Shown here piece after piece: positions 1 to 8,673 of a stretch of DNA of 39,157 bases. The stretch is from a virus (Duplodnaviria > Caudoviricetes), in IMG/VR virus record IMGVR_UViG_3300033153_006964, positions 1 to 39,157 of that record, one strand, 5' to 3'. The position numbers and the translations under genes are program-made. The notes under the pieces are model-generated. The model was given only the letters and a program-made list of their open reading frames with translations, had not been told where the DNA came from and searched no databases. Position 1 is the first letter of the stretch. Each line of letters starts with the position of its first letter.

Positions 1-9
1 AATACTTGT
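1..9. repeat. Terminal direct repeat / circular overlap AATACTTGT (copy at 39149..39157)
   Basis: First and last 9 nt are identical, and an ORF continues across the join. Confidence 0.8.
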
Positions 10-187
10 TTAGCTTGTTAATTTCCTCTCTGTAGGCCCTCATTTTCAATTGAAATAATTCCTGGAATAATTCATATTCTTTTGTCTTCTTAGGAAATCT
101 CTTTTTAGTCCTCTTATTGATCCCAATTTTATGCGTATTGTTAGTGCTAATTGGCTTCAGCCCAGTAATTTCAAGTGATATTTTCAT
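1..187 (-). CDS. rusA: RusA-like Holliday junction resolvase, N-terminal part (continues across the circular junction into 39148..38904)
   Basis: ATG at 187 opens MKISLEITGLKPISTNN...EEINKLNKY with no stop to position 1. It joins in frame to the other end once the 9-nt overlap is collapsed, giving 143 aa. Confidence 0.75.
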   Translation of the reverse strand, partial: MKISLEITGLKPISTNNTHKIGINKRTKKRFPKKTKEYELFQELFQLKMRAYREEINKLNKY

Positions 188-193
188 TTAAAT

Positions 194-221
194 ATTATAG
201 AAAAATTTTAGAATAATTCAA
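194..221 (-). promoter_or_regulatory. Putative sigma70 promoter for rusA, probably giving a leaderless mRNA
   Basis: Minus strand TTGAAT(221-216)-16 nt-TATAAT(199-194)-6 nt-ATG(187). No Shine-Dalgarno sequence. Confidence 0.45.
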
Positions 222-861
222 GTTGATTTTTTTGTTTAATACTTATTCCTGTATCGAGCAATTCATTGACTGCTTTGTAAATTCTAATCATTGCAACCAC
301 ATCGTCTTTTGCCTTATGAGAATCATAATACTCTCCAAACAGAGAATAATAAACAATCGTTTGGCGATAAGACACCCTATTAGTACCAATATATTTTTTA
401 TCTGTGAGAAGACATAATTCATAAGCTTCGCCGTTTGTAATAATATCAAATAAGCCATTTTTATGGGCCTCCTTAACTACGGAATGAACAGAGAATCCTT
501 TTATTTTAACTGGCAAATGCTCAATTTTATTAATATTTAAATAATCCATTAAGTTTAATTGCAAGAGAGCGACATCATAAAGCATATAACCAAGCTGAGT
601 TCGGGGATTGGCGTAGCAAATTAGTTCAAATTCGTCAGGGAGCCAATTTAATAACTTTCCAAATGCATCTTCTTTTGTATCGAAGAAGTTTGCTTCAAAT
701 TCAGTTATCCCATGAATCTTGGCGGCTTCATCAGACCACTTATCCACCCTGCAATTAAACTCATAAGACTCTCCAGACTCCTTTTCAAAGAAGCCTGTGA
801 GAATTTCTGCTGCATATGGGTTTTTATCTGTAGCCTCAAAGTCTACGAAGATGCGAATCAA
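208..861 (-). CDS. DEDDh (DnaQ-like) 3'-5' exonuclease with C-terminal QLELF clamp-binding-like motif
   Basis: ExoI-like VDFEAT, ExoIII-like HKAKDD, ends KNQLELF. The TTG start overlaps the SSB stop. Confidence 0.75.
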   Translation of the reverse strand: MIRIFVDFEATDKNPYAAEILTGFFEKESGESYEFNCRVDKWSDEAAKIHGITEFEANFFDTKEDAFGKLLNWLPDEFELICYANPRTQLGYMLYDVALLQLNLMDYLNINKIEHLPVKIKGFSVHSVVKEAHKNGLFDIITNGEAYELCLLTDKKYIGTNRVSYRQTIVYYSLFGEYYDSHKAKDDVVAMIRIYKAVNELLDTGISIKQKNQLELF

Positions 862-1292
862 AATGGGATCGAATCGCTTGCAAAATCTGCGTTTACTTGT
901 GGTTGTGGAGAGTTCTGCGGTGCTTGTTGTTGAGGTTTTGCCTGTTGAGGTTTCGAGTTCTCATTCTGGCCACCAATAAACTGAGCAGTATGCGCAATTA
1001 TTTCAGTCGCATATCTCTTGTTTCCATCTTTATCGTCCCAGGATCTTGTTTGAAGTTTTCCTTCAATATAAACTTCCCTACCCTTTGATAAATACTGGCC
1101 ACACAGCTCTGCAAGCTTATCCCAAACAACAATTCTATTCCACTCGGTTCTTTCTTGTTTGTTACCTGATTTATCATTCCAAGACTCACTTGTTGCCACT
1201 GACAAATTACAAACAGCATTCCCATTTGGCGTATACTTCAATTCCGGATCTTGTCCAATTCGTCCTAATAAAATTACCTTATTCACGCTCAT
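858..1292 (-). CDS. ssb: Single-stranded DNA-binding protein
   Basis: [38 protein letters not shown]-rich linker and acidic tail ending IPF. Confidence 0.97.
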   Translation of the reverse strand: MSVNKVILLGRIGQDPELKYTPNGNAVCNLSVATSESWNDKSGNKQERTEWNRIVVWDKLAELCGQYLSKGREVYIEGKLQTRSWDDKDGNKRYATEIIAHTAQFIGGQNENSKPQQAKPQQQAPQNSPQPQVNADFASDSIPF

Positions 1293-1891
1293 TATTTATC
1301 TCCTGTGTTTCTTGCTATTGCATCGCGCAAAGCTTTAATGTCTAAACTTTTCATATACTCAATTGCTTTTCCATCTAATTTATTTTTTGTTCTTAATATT
1401 GAACTTAATTCATTTTCGAGATCAACTCTTTCTTTATTTATTGCATTTGCAACCTCAACTCTTTCCTCTTCATCGTCGCCTGATGCAATCATAAAAGTTT
1501 TTAGATAGCAATATTTTACGGCCATAGAATAAGCCTTTCCTGGCGATTTGTCCTGAGAATCAAACCCGTGAGCAGTTGCTTGAACTTCAAAAAAATCCTC
1601 TGGAGAGTCGATATTTACAACCTTAATTCTAGCGGTGGCCTGTGTTTCGTATCGATCTACAGTGTCACCTTTTCGTGTTGTAACCTGATATCTCTCAAGG
1701 TTTGAGTCAACCATTGATGCCTGAATAACAACTCCGTTCTTAACACAAAGCGGGCTAAGTGATTGGGTTACGTGGTCGTGTGTAATTGCCGTGTATGAAT
1801 TATTTCCATAACCCACATTTGCAGTTTTTTTAAGATATGAGAGCTCACTCATAATTTTGTTTACGCGCTGATGCACATTTAATTTTGTCAT
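1292..1891 (-). CDS. ERF-family ssDNA annealing recombinase
   Basis: [34 protein letters not shown] matches the ERF signature. Adjacent to ssb. Confidence 0.85.
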   Translation of the reverse strand: MTKLNVHQRVNKIMSELSYLKKTANVGYGNNSYTAITHDHVTQSLSPLCVKNGVVIQASMVDSNLERYQVTTRKGDTVDRYETQATARIKVVNIDSPEDFFEVQATAHGFDSQDKSPGKAYSMAVKYCYLKTFMIASGDDEEERVEVANAINKERVDLENELSSILRTKNKLDGKAIEYMKSLDIKALRDAIARNTGDK

Positions 1892-1987
1892 AATTATCTC
1901 CTTTTTTGTTTGACTCTTCTATCACGATGTTTTAGTAATGCAAGTACAAAAACCAACATAATGTAAAAAAAACAACAAAGGACTAGT
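1892..1987. promoter_or_regulatory. Divergent early control region
   Basis: 96-nt gap between divergent ERF and HTH genes. Candidate -35 elements on both strands (TTGACT on +, TTGCAT on -), weak -10 matches. Confidence 0.5.
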
Positions 1988-2170
1988 ATGGAGCAGCACG
2001 GAATAGTACCAAAAATTTACACATCACAAGAGGTAGCCGAGATTCTAAGGGTGCACGAAATGACAATTAGGAGATACATAAAGATGGGAAAAATCAGGCC
2101 AATTAATACAGATGGGGCAATTAGAATATCAGAAACGGAACTAAAAAGATTTATAAATGGTGAAGAATAA
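1988..2170 (+). CDS. Small helix-turn-helix DNA-binding protein (excisionase/MerR-like HTH_17 type)
   Basis: YTSQEVAEILRVHEMTIRRYIKMGKI...IRISETELKRFI. Confidence 0.85.
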   Translation: MEQHGIVPKIYTSQEVAEILRVHEMTIRRYIKMGKIRPINTDGAIRISETELKRFINGEE

Positions 2171-2865
2171 TGAAATGGTTCAAGCATCATAGCGATGCAT
2201 CTTTAGATGATAAAATATGTAGATTAGAAGATGAATTTGGATATGTTGGCTACGGCGTTTACTGGAAAATAGTTGAGCTTTGCGCGATGCAATGGGATGG
2301 AAAATCCAATCCGATTTTTGAATTTAATCGAAAGAAAATGAAGTCTTTACTGAGTATAAACTACATGAAGATTGAATCTATATTGAGTTTTGGTTCAGTC
2401 TTGAATTTATTTAGTGCAGAAATTTTTGAAAAAAGCTACACAATTGAACTGCCTAAGTTATTAGAAGTAAAGGATAATCACACGAGAAACTTGCAGGTGG
2501 CTTGCAAGAAAGTTTCCAGAGACTTGCCCCTAGAACAGAACAGAACAGAACAGATAATAAAAAAGAAAACTGTTAAATTAAAATTTGATATTGAGGATAT
2601 ATATAATAACTATCCAAAAAAGACCGGCAAAGCTTCAGGTATAAAAAAATTACAATCCATTATAAAAACCCAGGCTATGTATGATAATATACTGCAAGGC
2701 GCTAAAAGATATTCAATTGAAACTTCTGACACGGAGAAAAGATTTATTAAAAACTTCTCTACGTGGGTTAACCAGGAATGCTGGCAGGATGAGCCGGAAA
2801 AGACGATAGACGAACAAAGAGATGAATACGATAAGCAATTAATAGAATTGATGGGTGGTGAGTAG
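2170..2865 (+). CDS. Phage replication initiator / replisome organizer
   Basis: N-terminal MKWFKH...GYGVYWKIVE and C-terminal YPKK...FSTWVNQECWQDE patterns, internal iteron repeats, followed by a helicase. Confidence 0.75.
   Translation: MKWFKHHSDASLDDKICRLEDEFGYVGYGVYWKIVELCAMQWDGKSNPIFEFNRKKMKSLLSINYMKIESILSFGSVLNLFSAEIFEKSYTIELPKLLEVKDNHTRNLQVACKKVSRDLPLEQNRTEQIIKKKTVKLKFDIEDIYNNYPKKTGKASGIKKLQSIIKTQAMYDNILQGAKRYSIETSDTEKRFIKNFSTWVNQECWQDEPEKTIDEQRDEYDKQLIELMGGE
2487..2556 (+). repeat. Iteron-like repeats, putative replication origin inside the initiator gene
   Basis: Four degenerate 11-nt units (AAACTTGCAGG, TGGCTTGCAAG, AAAGTTTCCAG, AGACTTGCCCC), then (AGAAC)x4 AGATA and an A-rich tract. 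Confidence 0.6.
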
Positions 2866-3674
2866 TGTATTTGGAGAGTTTAAAATATACCAAAGAAGAG
2901 GCTGATATGCTCACACAGAGAAATCAGACCGTTGAGTACGCCACAAAATTAGGCTTTCTGAGATCCCACAAGGGTCTTAGAAGCCATAAGATGCATTTAT
3001 TGATTGCACCTACGCATGGTGGCAAGTCAACGGCTGTAAGGTCAATTCTGTTTGATTTACTGATAAACAATAAAAATAAAAAAATACTCATATGGTTAAC
3101 AGAAGAAACCATAGATGAATTCAAAGAAGAATTCTGCAAGACGTTCCCATCTCATGATATATTAGACAACGCAGCAATATTAAGTGAGCAGGATGGCGAA
3201 CCAACGCCTGATGAGGTCAAAAAAAACATACGTGAGGCCATAGAAATGACTGGATGCGATCTGATATTTATAGATAATATTACAACGTCCAAAATCTATC
3301 CTAATGGAAATTTTTCAAAACAAAGCGAAACGGCCTTGTGGTTAAAAAAATTAAGCAAGAGGACGACTCTCTTTACTGTGGCACATACAAACACAGCAGA
3401 ATTCAGCAATAGATTTCTAAATGATCAAGATATAAGAGGCGGTAAGGATATTGTAAACTTAACAGAATTTTTATACATATTACAACCCATAAGGGTGGGA
3501 GAAAGTCTTTACCAATTTATAAACATAGGTAAGCATCGAGGGCAGCACGTTAAAAATAAATATTTCAGACTTTACTATAACGATGCTCTCAGTATCTTTG
3601 ACAGAGATATGGCCGTTGATTTTAATCAAATTAAAGAAGTTTTCAAACAAAGGAACAAACTTGCTGATCGATAA
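2865..3674 (+). CDS. DnaB-like (SF4) helicase ATPase domain
   Basis: Walker A APTHGGKS, Walker B IFIDN, VAHT, DIRGG and KHR motifs. Directly after the initiator. Confidence 0.7.
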   Translation: MYLESLKYTKEEADMLTQRNQTVEYATKLGFLRSHKGLRSHKMHLLIAPTHGGKSTAVRSILFDLLINNKNKKILIWLTEETIDEFKEEFCKTFPSHDILDNAAILSEQDGEPTPDEVKKNIREAIEMTGCDLIFIDNITTSKIYPNGNFSKQSETALWLKKLSKRTTLFTVAHTNTAEFSNRFLNDQDIRGGKDIVNLTEFLYILQPIRVGESLYQFINIGKHRGQHVKNKYFRLYYNDALSIFDRDMAVDFNQIKEVFKQRNKLADR

Positions 3675-4014
3675 AAGAAAGAATAAAAATAATACCTATA
3701 CCTTTAGGCAACTGCCAGAATGGATGCAGCTAGTGTGTAAGTGGCACCAATGGATCATGTACGATATGCGTACTACGGGGAACCTGGAAGAATATGGCAA
3801 AACACAAAACATGAGGCTATGGCTTGTCGAGACGCTAAACTCGCTGTGCATAACTCAAGAGATGTTACCAGTCATAGATGAAGAAAATTTTTATTCTATT
3901 TGGTTCGAGGTCGACAGAGAGATAGACAAGATAAGCTTCAAAGACATGAAACATGAGTTTTATGAGGTTAAAAAGAGATATTGGGGCTACGAGGCCGTGG
4001 AGATAAAGAAATGA
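3583..4014 (+). CDS. Hypothetical protein (true start probably near 3661)
   Basis: ORF fills the gap after the helicase, and its stop overlaps the next ATG. Confidence 0.6.
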   Translation: MLSVSLTEIWPLILIKLKKFSNKGTNLLIDKRKNKNNTYTFRQLPEWMQLVCKWHQWIMYDMRTTGNLEEYGKTQNMRLWLVETLNSLCITQEMLPVIDEENFYSIWFEVDREIDKISFKDMKHEFYEVKKRYWGYEAVEIKK

Positions 4015-4214
4015 ACCATAACACTACTAGGGTTTTTACATTTATTGCGTGTGATGGAAATCTCATGGAGATGGCAAGGAAACACGAATCATATAAAAGT
4101 TTCACAGACGAATTAATTGATTTGCAAATTGTAAATACCGATGATAACGTTTCTTTATCTGATAGGAATTTAGATTTTGATTTTTTAGATAAATTTATCG
4201 AGTGCTTAAGGTAG
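4011..4214 (+). CDS. Hypothetical protein
   Basis: ATGA overlap with the previous stop. Confidence 0.6.
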   Translation: MNHNTTRVFTFIACDGNLMEMARKHESYKSFTDELIDLQIVNTDDNVSLSDRNLDFDFLDKFIECLR

Positions 4215-4307
4215 TTATGGAATATTTAGTAATATATATTTTTTTCTTAATAGCTATTTGTGTGTTTTTTAAAGGTGCAAAATCGTAATTGAAAGGAGTA
4301 ATACCAT

Positions 4308-4490
4308 ATGTTAGCAAAAGAAATTATATTAGCAGCGATTGAACTCAAAAGAATTGATGATGAGTACGATATGATTTTGCGGCAACACGCAAGATCAATT
4401 GCAAATGGTCAATATAACCTTTGCCACTATGTGAAGATAATTAAAGACCAACTAAACAAACTTAATAGTACAGGTGATTCTGATGGATAA
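4308..4490 (+). CDS. Hypothetical protein
   Basis: AAGGAG RBS upstream. Confidence 0.6.
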   Translation: MLAKEIILAAIELKRIDDEYDMILRQHARSIANGQYNLCHYVKIIKDQLNKLNSTGDSDG

Positions 4491-4659
4491 AGTAAGAGTT
4501 GAAACAATATCAGATAAAACAACTACAGGATGTGGTGAAAAACTGCAAAGCTTTTTAAGGGGAGACAATGTTAGCCTGATAATATCAATAACTCAATCCG
4601 AGCTATATGACGAGAGCAGCGATTGGTATCAAATTACATACACCGTAGTTTATAGGTGA
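4483..4659 (+). CDS. Hypothetical protein
   Basis: AGGTGA RBS, overlaps the previous stop. Confidence 0.55.
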   Translation: MDKVRVETISDKTTTGCGEKLQSFLRGDNVSLIISITQSELYDESSDWYQITYTVVYR

Positions 4660-4794
4660 AAATAAATAGAACTAGGAAAACTATATGAGATTAATAATTT
4701 ATTCATTATTTCAGTTTTTTTGCGGTAGCATTTTTGGATTTACACTGCATGGGCTTATTAACTAGAAACAATAGAATTAGGAGTACTAATTAAA

Positions 4795-5097
4795 ATGGAT
4801 AATTATAACGAAAAGCACATTGATGTGGGTATTCAAGTTTGGCAACTAAACGATGTTGAAGTATGGGTTGGGTGGTCAATAGCTGAAATATCGAAAGAAG
4901 CAGTAAGGCAATCTGGTTTGCCATGGGAAGATGTCGTTGATTCGCCAAGGATCATTCCCAGGTCAGAGTGGGATAGATTGATGGTTATGGATACAGATGC
5001 AAAATATAGACCTAGATATACATATAGTAATATGATTATGAAGGACGTTTTGGAGAATGTTGAAATGCCGTATATGTTGGCATCAACTGAATATTAA
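4795..5097 (+). CDS. Hypothetical protein
   Basis: AGGAG RBS, 100-aa ORF. Confidence 0.7.
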   Translation: MDNYNEKHIDVGIQVWQLNDVEVWVGWSIAEISKEAVRQSGLPWEDVVDSPRIIPRSEWDRLMVMDTDAKYRPRYTYSNMIMKDVLENVEMPYMLASTEY

Positions 5098-5116
5098 TTG
5101 GAAGAGGAAATACTAC

Positions 5117-5356
5117 ATGAAAATAATTAAACTAATTAAAGAAAATGACAAAATTAACGCTCAGTTTGATTGCCATTTAAATTTTATTGAAGGTGAAAAC
5201 TCTGCAGGATACCCAACAATAATAGCTGTCCTACCTTGGATGGCATTTTCACCCAAAGGATATGACGAAGAAATTAATAAAATATTCAGTGAAATGGTTG
5301 AACTGTGGAATGAAAAACAACAGAAGGGACAATTTCACAACGTCACAAGGCGTTAA
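5117..5356 (+). CDS. Hypothetical protein
   Basis: GAGG RBS before ATG 5117. Confidence 0.65.
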   Translation: MKIIKLIKENDKINAQFDCHLNFIEGENSAGYPTIIAVLPWMAFSPKGYDEEINKIFSEMVELWNEKQQKGQFHNVTRR

Positions 5357-5372
5357 TAAAAAGGAATAGAAA

Positions 5373-5588
5373 ATGAGCTTGGAATTAAAAAATGTAAACG
5401 GAAATTATGCTGAGATATACGAAAAAGACACGGGAGCCATGATTGCGTCTTGGAATTTCTCAAATCCGCCAAAATTAGAAATTGAAAGCCACGCAAAAGT
5501 TTCCACGCAAAAGATTATAAAACTCAAGGAGGCTGGATTTGAAAGTGCTGAGATTATTAAAATATTAAAAGAATTGGATGTAGAATAA
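5373..5588 (+). CDS. Hypothetical protein
   Basis: AAGGA RBS, 71 aa. Confidence 0.65.
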   Translation: MSLELKNVNGNYAEIYEKDTGAMIASWNFSNPPKLEIESHAKVSTQKIIKLKEAGFESAEIIKILKELDVE

Positions 5589-5614
5589 GCAGAATTAAAT
5601 ATTCTGATTAATGT

Positions 5615-5731
5615 GGGGGTATCAGATAAAAAGTTCATGGAGTAGTACTCGAAGTGAACAATAATCTCTGACAAACGGTGGAAAGCTCTTCAAAAAAGCT
5701 CGGGGAAGTTCGAATCTTTCTGCCCCTGCCA
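5615..5731 (+). ncRNA. tRNA-like structured RNA (acceptor stem, T-arm and encoded CCA; non-canonical middle)
   Basis: GGGGGTA pairs with TGCCCCT, followed by G-CCA. T-arm GGAAG-TTCGAAT-CTTTC. 50-nt hairpin at 5622-5671 and AGCT-CTTCAAAAA-AGCT hairpin. Intergenic. Confidence 0.6.
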
Positions 5732-5769
5732 AATATTATGGAACAAGTAGTTCCAATTAAAAGGAAAAT

Positions 5770-6084
5770 ATGAATGACAGCGATGTAAATCAAATAATTT
5801 CAAAGTTTATGGGTGCATTCGATGGAACAGATCATGAGCTAAACACAATACAATACACAGAATCCCTCGACGTATTGGTACCTATCTGGGAGAAACTAGA
5901 AGTTTCCCCAGATTTTGAGTGGACTGATAATGTTGATTGGTGGGTATGTTGGATATATCGTAAATCAAACTCCATTGCGAGTGCCACAGAAAAACCAGTG
6001 CAGCGAGCAGCCGCGCACGCAACAGCGAAAGCAATAATAGTAATCAATGGTTGTCAGCATTCTGATGGAGAAAATAATGAGTAA
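5770..6084 (+). CDS. Phage ABA-sandwich / NinX-like protein
   Basis: YTESLDVLVPIWEKL...WWVCWI...AAAHATAKAI pattern. Confidence 0.55.
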   Translation: MNDSDVNQIISKFMGAFDGTDHELNTIQYTESLDVLVPIWEKLEVSPDFEWTDNVDWWVCWIYRKSNSIASATEKPVQRAAAHATAKAIIVINGCQHSDGENNE

Positions 6085-6268
6085 AAATATAATTGTTACA
6101 ACTGATGAGTGGAATGCTCTTGCAAGGGAAAACATTAATCTCAAGCAAGAAAACGAGAAGCTTAAAGAGTTGCTATATAAACTTTACCACGAAACAGATA
6201 TGACTAGAGAAACACCGCAAATTTTGTTAGATATGGTGGAAAGGGTTTGGGAAGATTTTAAAAATTGA
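6077..6268 (+). CDS. Hypothetical coiled-coil protein
   Basis: GGAG RBS, heptad-rich LKQENEKLKELL. Confidence 0.6.
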   Translation: MSKNIIVTTDEWNALARENINLKQENEKLKELLYKLYHETDMTRETPQILLDMVERVWEDFKN

Positions 6269-6296
6269 AAAATCGAACGCCCTAATGGAGAAAACA

Positions 6297-6569
6297 ATGA
6301 AATATGATTATGAAATGAAGTGCTGTGAGCTTGAGCAGGAAAATGAGAAGCTTAGGAAAGATTCTGATTTTGATTTTTCTGAATATAAACGTTTAAGAGA
6401 TGAATTGAAGAAAGAAAACGATGATCTTAGAAAAGCACTTAGGCACATTAAAGACCATCAAGAAGCCAACATGGGTGATGATATTAGGTTATATAAATTA
6501 AGTACTATATGGAGACTCGCAACTAGCGCAATAATTGGAAGCAAGTATTCTGATGGCAAGGGCAAGTGA
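6297..6569 (+). CDS. Hypothetical coiled-coil protein
   Basis: GGAG RBS before ATG 6297, LEQENEKLRK heptads. Confidence 0.6.
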   Translation: MKYDYEMKCCELEQENEKLRKDSDFDFSEYKRLRDELKKENDDLRKALRHIKDHQEANMGDDIRLYKLSTIWRLATSAIIGSKYSDGKGK

Positions 6570-6735
6570 GACACATAATTATGGTTTGGTATCACATACC
6601 CACGGACAAAGTAATTACGAGCTACGAAATAGATAGTTATTTTTATTCGCTAAGACCGCTTAGGTGGAAAGAATTAATACTTTTAGGTGAACTATAAGAT
6701 CAACAGTTGTTTAAATACTGATAGAAAGGATAAAA

Positions 6736-6897
6736 ATGGAATGGTACGAAATGTTAACAATTATTAATTTCGCAGGAATAGTGTTTGCGTTCTTTTCAAT
6801 GAGGTGTAACACCTCGGCGATTGGTCACATTTTAGATTCGCTTAAAATAATAGGCGATAGAGTGTATCCAGATAGTACACAGGAAACGATTGATTAA
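6736..6897 (+). CDS. Small membrane protein (53 aa, not in ORF track)
   Basis: AAGGA RBS, hydrophobic segment MLTIINFAGIVFAFFSM. Confidence 0.5.
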   Translation: MEWYEMLTIINFAGIVFAFFSMRCNTSAIGHILDSLKIIGDRVYPDSTQETID

Positions 6898-6899
6898 TT

Positions 6900-6922
6900 A
6901 TGGGTTGTAAGCGCCCGTTTTT
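6900..6922 (+). terminator. Putative intrinsic terminator
   Basis: ATGGGT-loop-GCCCGT stem followed by a T run. Confidence 0.45.
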
Positions 6923-6973
6923 GTTGGTATTTAGCAATTAAATAAACTATTTTATAAGTCGTTGAAATCTCTA

Positions 6974-7013
6974 TTGTTGTATATACAAAACCGTGCTACA
7001 GTGTATATATACA
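6974..7013 (+). promoter_or_regulatory. Sigma70-like promoter overlapped by two palindromic operator candidates
   Basis: TTGTTG-17 nt-TACAGT with extended TG. Palindromes TTGTATATACAA (6977-6988) and TGTATATATACA (7002-7013). Confidence 0.55.
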
Positions 7014-7029
7014 AACCAAAGGGGTTAAC

Positions 7030-7173
7030 ATGAAAAAAGAAATGACTTATAGATGTATGAATTGTGATAAACCAAAAAATGACAAAGGAGCTTGGGTTGT
7101 TTTTAATGATAATAAAAAAACAACAGTGAAAGTTTGTCAATGCTGCAAGAAACATTTTAAAAAGGCAAAATAA
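7030..7173 (+). CDS. Small CxxC...CxxC zinc-finger protein (47 aa, not in ORF track)
   Basis: MKKEMTYRCMNCDKP...KVCQCCKKHFKKAK, with AGGGG RBS. Confidence 0.6.
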   Translation: MKKEMTYRCMNCDKPKNDKGAWVVFNDNKKTTVKVCQCCKKHFKKAK

Positions 7174-7319
7174 TGAAAGTTAAAGATTTAAAAAAAGACT
7201 TAGCAAAATCGGTAAGAATTAATTCAGAAATCGAAAGGATTTTAAGAGATAAGGGTTATTCTTTGCAATCTTTTCTTGATGAACAACTAGATAAAATGAT
7301 TAGTATTAAAATAAAATAA
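7173..7319 (+). CDS. Putative ribbon-helix-helix DNA-binding protein (48 aa, not in ORF track)
   Basis: KSVRINSEIERILRDKGYSLQSFLDEQLDKM strand-helix-G-helix pattern, TAATG coupling. Confidence 0.5.
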   Translation: MKVKDLKKDLAKSVRINSEIERILRDKGYSLQSFLDEQLDKMISIKIK

Positions 7320-7351
7320 TTAGAAGTACACAAACCATAAGCGAGGAATAG

Positions 7352-7594
7352 ATGAAAATTAAAGAAATAGATGTATTTATTTATGAAGATGACATCAAGA
7401 AAGATCAAAAGATTGTTTATGGTACAAGATTGCCGCCGGGGAATGGATCGTTAAAGGCAAAATTGATAATTGAGATGCCAGAAAAGGAGATTACAATTAC
7501 TGAGAGTCAATTTGACAAAGCCTGGACGGGTTCACAGCCTTCTTCAGTTCATTTTGAGTATCTTACAGACATCAAAAAAGAACTAGGATTTTAA
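7352..7594 (+). CDS. Hypothetical protein
   Basis: GAGGA RBS, 80 aa. Confidence 0.65.
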   Translation: MKIKEIDVFIYEDDIKKDQKIVYGTRLPPGNGSLKAKLIIEMPEKEITITESQFDKAWTGSQPSSVHFEYLTDIKKELGF

Positions 7595-7642
7595 AAACAA
7601 TCAGAATGTAGAGTTTTAATTAAAAATAAAGGAGAATCAATA

Positions 7643-7858
7643 GTGAGACAAAATGAAATGACCGAAAACATGAAAATATTACTTACTGGATACCTACCAA
7701 GGGGCCATAAATTAATAAGTATGAGATACACAAATGAAGAAAGAGAGAACTATGCCATTAGAAATAGAAAGAAAAATGTTGAAATGATTTACAGGTATAA
7801 CAATGAAACATTTAGGACTGTGGTCGGGTCTTGCGGGACTAGATATGGCCATAAGTAA
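7643..7858 (+). CDS. Hypothetical protein
   Basis: AAGGAG RBS before the GTG start. Confidence 0.55.
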   Translation: MRQNEMTENMKILLTGYLPRGHKLISMRYTNEERENYAIRNRKKNVEMIYRYNNETFRTVVGSCGTRYGHK

Positions 7859-8081
7859 GAAGAAAAAGATAAGTAAGAAGAAAAAAAGGGATCTCGTTAT
7901 AGTTTCACTCCTTGCAAGGATAACAGATTTTCAGCTTCAAAGCAGCGACAAGGACATGTTTGGCTGGATTGAAGACCTAAGAGAGGATATTGTTAATTTT
8001 AGCGAAGGCAATACAAATATTGATACATGTGAAAAGTGTGGTTGCACAGAGTTTTTATGTGGGCATAATGCAAGAAAATAG
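7845..8081 (+). CDS. Hypothetical basic protein with C-terminal Cys cluster
   Basis: MAISKKKKISKKKK...CEKCGCTEFLCGH. Confidence 0.55.
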   Translation: MAISKKKKISKKKKRDLVIVSLLARITDFQLQSSDKDMFGWIEDLREDIVNFSEGNTNIDTCEKCGCTEFLCGHNARK

Positions 8082-8107
8082 AAGTGTAGATACTATAGGA
8101 AATTAAA

Positions 8108-8335
8108 ATGAACAAAATTATAGCTGAAATAGAGAAAGAAACTGGTGTCAATGTCAAAAACGTTAGCTTAGATTACGAATATCAAGAAGACGCTTTAAAT
8201 GGGAAAGGTATGGCCTGGACAGATGAAATACATACCGGATATGTCACTGTATCCGTAGAATGTTTCGTTAAAAAAGGTGATAGTCCAATTGTCAATGCGA
8301 TTAAGGTTTTGGAATATATTAAAAAACAACGGTAG
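8108..8335 (+). CDS. Hypothetical protein
   Basis: AGGA RBS. Confidence 0.6.
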   Translation: MNKIIAEIEKETGVNVKNVSLDYEYQEDALNGKGMAWTDEIHTGYVTVSVECFVKKGDSPIVNAIKVLEYIKKQR

Positions 8336-8356
8336 AACTTATACTATAGGAGAGAT

Positions 8357-8473
8357 ATGAATAAATTAATTAAATTTTTAGAAAATGTTGATGATTTTAT
8401 TTGTGGTATTAAGCAAATTTGGACAGAAGCTTGTGAAGATAACAAAGCAGAAAAAGAGGGAAATGAGAAATGA
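8357..8473 (+). CDS. Small hypothetical protein (38 aa, not in ORF track)
   Basis: AGGAG RBS, stop overlaps the next ATG. Confidence 0.5.
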   Translation: MNKLIKFLENVDDFICGIKQIWTEACEDNKAEKEGNEK

Positions 8474-8673
8474 ACATTCACGCAGTATCTGTAGTATTTG
8501 AGCGAATTGATTGCCTTGAAATAATAATAAAGCACGAAGAGAGAAAACTCTCCGATCCAGAAATTATGGAAAACCGGAGACATTATCAGAAAGTTAATGG
8601 CCAGATAAAACAACTCATAAAGCTCAGGCGGCTAAATAGAGACATATACGATTTTTTAAAAGGAAATCATTAA
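8470..8673 (+). CDS. Hypothetical protein
   Basis: ATGA-coupled ORF, 67 aa. Confidence 0.55.
   Translation: MNIHAVSVVFERIDCLEIIIKHEERKLSDPEIMENRRHYQKVNGQIKQLIKLRRLNRDIYDFLKGNH

Noticed and set aside
1-9. 9-nt terminal repeat as attL/attR core or target-site duplication
   Set aside because: It falls mid-gene in rusA, no integrase is seen and there is no host DNA. A circular-assembly overlap is simpler.
2532-2556. CRISPR array or contingency microsatellite
   Set aside because: Only four 5-nt units without spacers, in the usual origin position inside a phage initiator gene. No CRISPR array was seen in the window.
5675-5690. Short matches between the tRNA-like RNA and the terL gap (shared ACGGTGG; CTCTT complementary to AAGAG), suggesting a guide RNA
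   Set aside because: 7- and 5-nt matches are expected by chance at these lengths, and no recombinase or editing enzyme is recognisable.
5615-5731. Calling this a bona fide tRNA-Sec, opal suppressor or tmRNA
   Set aside because: No proper D-arm, only a 4-bp stem with a 9-nt loop, no long variable arm 3' of the anticodon, and no tmRNA tag region.
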